Source: Chromatiales bacterium 21-64-14
GTDB lineage: Bacteria > Pseudomonadota > Gammaproteobacteria > 21-64-14
DNA: 64,000 nt
Direction of reading: 5' to 3'
Assembly: GCA_002255365.1 (NCBI GenBank)
Contig: NCBI01000006.1
Coordinates: 18,742-82,741, forward strand
Numbering within the stretch: the first letter of the stretch is position 1; each line of letters begins with the position of its first letter. The notes below the pieces were generated by a model, which saw nothing but the letters and a program-made list of their open reading frames with translations, ran no database searches and was not told the origin of the DNA. The position numbers and the translations under genes are program-made. Below are positions 61,028 to 64,000 of the stretch, in pieces.

Positions 61028-62407
61028 ATGAGTCAATCCGCGGTACTGGTGGTGGAAGACGATCACAGCTTGCGCGAAGCCCTGTGCGATACGCTGCAGT
61101 TGGCGGGTTACCCGGTGCTGGCTGCGCAGGACGGTGCGGGCGCCCTGGATGTGATCGAGCAGCAGGCTGTCGTTATGGTGGTGAGCGATGTGCAGATGCG
61201 GCCCATGGACGGGCACACCCTGTTGCGGAAGATCCGCGCCCTGCATGCGAATCTCCCGGTGGTGCTCATGACCGCCTATGGAACAATCGAGAAGGCCGTG
61301 GCCGCGATGCGCGATGGCGCCACCGACTACCTGGTCAAGCCCTTCGAGGCGGACCTGCTGGTGGAGCTGGTGAGCCGCTACCTTCCCGCGGTCCACGAGG
61401 ACATCGGCTTGGTGGCTGAAGATCCGGCCAGCCAGCGTATCCTGGATCTGGCGCAACGGGTGGCGTCGAGCGAAGTCACGGTAATGATCAGCGGGGAGAG
61501 CGGGACCGGAAAGGAGGTCTTCGCACGCTATATCCATCGCCATTCGGCCCGCGCTGGCGGCCCGTTCGTGGCCATCAACTGCGCCGCCATTCCGGAGAAC
61601 ATGCTGGAGGCGGTGCTGTTCGGCCATGAGAAGGGCGCGTTCACCGGGGCCTACCAGGCCCATGCCGGGAAGTTCGAGCAGGCCCAGGGCGGCACCCTGT
61701 TACTGGACGAGATATCGGAGATGGATCTGAGCCTGCAGGCTAAGCTGCTGCGGGTGATCCAGGAGCGGGAGGTGGAGCGGCTGGGAGGTCGGAAGGTGAT
61801 CCCCCTGGACGTGCGGGTGCTGGCAACCTCGAACCGGAATCTGCGGCAAGAGGTGACCGCCGGCCGGTTCCGGGAGGACCTCTTTTACCGCCTGAACGTA
61901 TTTCCTCTCAATCTACCGCCTTTGCGCGAACGGCCCGCGGATATCCTGCCCCTCGCCCGGCGCGCGGTGGAGCGCTACGGGCGCGACCGGTGTCCACTGC
62001 CGGATCTGTCCGCCGCCGCCGCCGAACGCCTGCTGGCCCATTGCTGGCCGGGTAACGTGCGCGAGCTGGAAAACCTCCTGCAACGATCACTGATTCTAGC
62101 CGCGGCGGGCACTATCGGCGCGGAGCACCTGCAGTTCGAGACCGCGTCCCCGGTGATTCAGAGTCCTGGGGGAGGGCAGGCGGCCCCGGCTGGGGATCCG
62201 GCGATTGCCGGCCCGCCCAGCCTTGGGGAGGATCTGCGGGTACGCGAGCAACGCCTGATTCTGGACGCCCTGCGCGAGGGTCGAGGTAGCCGCAAGCGGG
62301 CCGCTGAGGCCCTTGGGATCAGTCCGCGGACCCTGCGGTACAAGCTCGCCCGCCTGCGCGATGCGGGAGTCGAAATTCCGGCGCTGTTTGGCGCGGAACA
62401 TGCATAG
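61028..62407 (+). CDS. fleR: sigma-54-dependent response regulator FleR
   Basis: Receiver domain (VVEDD...SDVQMRPMDG), AAA+ sigma-54 activator with GAFTGA, C-terminal Fis-type HTH. Confidence 0.85.
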   Translation: MSQSAVLVVEDDHSLREALCDTLQLAGYPVLAAQDGAGALDVIEQQAVVMVVSDVQMRPMDGHTLLRKIRALHANLPVVLMTAYGTIEKAVAAMRDGATDYLVKPFEADLLVELVSRYLPAVHEDIGLVAEDPASQRILDLAQRVASSEVTVMISGESGTGKEVFARYIHRHSARAGGPFVAINCAAIPENMLEAVLFGHEKGAFTGAYQAHAGKFEQAQGGTLLLDEISEMDLSLQAKLLRVIQEREVERLGGRKVIPLDVRVLATSNRNLRQEVTAGRFREDLFYRLNVFPLNLPPLRERPADILPLARRAVERYGRDRCPLPDLSAAAAERLLAHCWPGNVRELENLLQRSLILAAAGTIGAEHLQFETASPVIQSPGGGQAAPAGDPAIAGPPSLGEDLRVREQRLILDALREGRGSRKRAAEALGISPRTLRYKLARLRDAGVEIPALFGAEHA

Positions 62408-62506
62408 GAGCGTGTCAAGGCAGGGGTATCTTGGCACGTACCACGACGGCGTGCCGGCGAACCGGGGCCGGACCGAATCGATCGAGATCAACGGGGACAG
62501 AAAGCC

Positions 62507-62833
62507 ATGAGCGAAGTCGACGTCAGCCAGTTGTTGGCGCAGATGCGGGCCATGACCGCGCGGGCCGAGTATGCCGTGGGCCCGGCGCCGGCGTCAGGCA
62601 ATCCCAAGCAGGTGAATTTCGCCCACCTGCTCAAGGACTCCATCAACAAGGTCAACGATACGCAACAGCAGGCGGCCAGCTTGGCCAAGTCCTTTGAACT
62701 TGGTCAGGGCCAGGTGGATCTGTCGGAGGTTATGGTGGCCCTGCAGAAGGCTAATGTGTCCTTCGAGGCCATGACTCAGGTGCGGAACAAGCTGGTCTCG
62801 GCGTACCAGGACATTATGAATATGTCGATCTGA
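62507..62833 (+). CDS. fliE: flagellar hook-basal body protein FliE
   Basis: FliE family (FAHLLKDSINKVNDTQQQA...VMVALQKANVSFEAMTQVRNKLVSAYQDIM). Confidence 0.8.
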   Translation: MSEVDVSQLLAQMRAMTARAEYAVGPAPASGNPKQVNFAHLLKDSINKVNDTQQQAASLAKSFELGQGQVDLSEVMVALQKANVSFEAMTQVRNKLVSAYQDIMNMSI

Positions 62834-62896
62834 TGCGCGCTTCGTCCCACGGCTGCCCGGTGACCTCGCAATGCAATTCAGGAACTGACGACGACC

Positions 62897-64000
62897 ATGG
62901 CCAATGACGCGGTAAGTACCCGTTCCATTGCGGCGCCCCTGCAGGGACTCACCCAGCTCCCGGCGCTGCGCCAGCTCGGGGTCATGGTGGGCATCGCCGC
63001 CAGCGTCGCGCTGGGTGTGGCCATCGTGCTGTGGTCCTGGACCCCCACCTACAGCCTGCTCTACAGCAGCCTTTCGGATAAGGACGCAGGCCAAGTCATG
63101 GCGGCGTTACAAAAGGACAATATTCCTTACCGCGTGGACGAGGCGAGCGGTGCGGTGATGGTTCCGGCATCTCAGGTACATGCCGCGCGCATCAAGCTTG
63201 CCGGCGAGGGGCTGCCCAAAGGCTCGGCAGTGGGTTTTGAACTGTTGGACAAAAACAGCGGCTTCGGCACCAGCCGCTTTGTGGAGAACGTGCGCTACCA
63301 GCGCGCGTTGGAGGCGGATCTCGCCAGCTCCATCATGACCCTGGACAATGTTGAGATCGCCCGGGTACATCTGGCGATCCCCAAGGCCCCGACCTTCCTG
63401 CGTGATAAGGAGAAGCCCAGCGCGTCGGTGCTGGTGAAGCTCTACTCGGGACGGACCCTGGATTCCGGCCAGGTCGCGGCTATCGTTCATCTGGTGGCGT
63501 CCAGCGTACCCGACCTGGAAGCGGCGCGGGTGACCGTGGTGGATCAAAAGGGCGATCTGCTTACGCCACAAGATCCGAACAGTACCATGGCCATGACTTC
63601 GAATCAGTTCCAGTACACGCGCAGGGTAGAGCAGAGTTATGTCCAGCGTATCGAAAATCTCCTGACGCCCATAGTCGGATCAGGCAAGGTCCGCGCCCAA
63701 GTGGTGGCAAATGTGGACTTCACCACAACTGAACAGACCCGCGAGACCTATAATCCGGATCAGCCGGCGTTGCGCAGCGAGCAGACGGTGGACGAGCAGA
63801 ACAGCGCTGGCGGCGGGGCGATGGGCGTTCCCGGCGCGTTGTCCAACCAGCCCCCGGGCGCCGGGGTAGCCCCGGAGCAGGTACCCGCCAAGGGCGCGGC
63901 AGGGGCAGCCGCGCCCGCTGGGAAGAGCGCGCCGCCTGAGCCTACCAATACGGTGCGGCGCGCAACCCGCAACTTCGAGCTCGACCGCACCATCAGCCAT
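62897..64000 (+). CDS. fliF: flagellar MS-ring protein FliF (5' partial, continues past window end)
   Basis: ATG 62897 opens a frame with no stop to the window end; N-terminal TM helix then conserved FliF periplasmic domain (DKDAGQVMAALQKDNIPYRVDEASGAVMVPAS..). Confidence 0.85.
   Translation, partial: MANDAVSTRSIAAPLQGLTQLPALRQLGVMVGIAASVALGVAIVLWSWTPTYSLLYSSLSDKDAGQVMAALQKDNIPYRVDEASGAVMVPASQVHAARIKLAGEGLPKGSAVGFELLDKNSGFGTSRFVENVRYQRALEADLASSIMTLDNVEIARVHLAIPKAPTFLRDKEKPSASVLVKLYSGRTLDSGQVAAIVHLVASSVPDLEAARVTVVDQKGDLLTPQDPNSTMAMTSNQFQYTRRVEQSYVQRIENLLTPIVGSGKVRAQVVANVDFTTTEQTRETYNPDQPALRSEQTVDEQNSAGGGAMGVPGALSNQPPGAGVAPEQVPAKGAAGAAAPAGKSAPPEPTNTVRRATRNFELDRTISH

Noticed and set aside
62430-62460. 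TTGGCACGTACCACGAC as sigma-54 promoter for fliE
   Set aside because: -24 element is good but the -12 position lacks the GC dinucleotide (TTGC); not called

Overview
High-GC (~65%) gammaproteobacterial chromosome segment. The left ~30 kb is mostly housekeeping and accessory genes. These include gshA, dsbB, a NYN/LOTUS protein, a bifunctional aldolase/SDR, a TraB-family protein, a zinc-peptidase plus ATP-grasp pair, a FHA plus CHASE2 Ser/Thr kinase pair, fkpA, and a polyphosphate cluster (ppk1 convergent with ppx-CHAD-sixA). A lower-GC islet (SDR, start-less HxlR-like gene, secreted hypothetical) abuts the 3' end of a tRNA-Ala(CGC). From ~30.2 kb to the window end there is a consolidated Pseudomonas-like flagellar/chemotaxis supercluster: flgZ(ycgR-like)-flgN-flgM-flgA, a soluble MCP-CZB chemoreceptor, cheV-cheR, flgBCDEFGHIJKL, one giant (~2100 aa) multidomain gene (SAM-methyltransferase, sulfotransferase, two GT2 and two repeated GT-B-like domains) in the position of the Pseudomonas flagellin glycosylation island, fliC-flaG-fliD-fliS-fliT, an extra unknown gene, fleQ-fleS-fleR, and fliE-fliF (partial). 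Sigma-54, sigma-28 and sigma-70 promoter motifs and a strong terminator after fliC are visible. The giant flagellin-modification-like enzyme is the most unusual element. Many long Arg-rich ORFs in the six-frame track are antisense artefacts of high GC and are not reported as genes.
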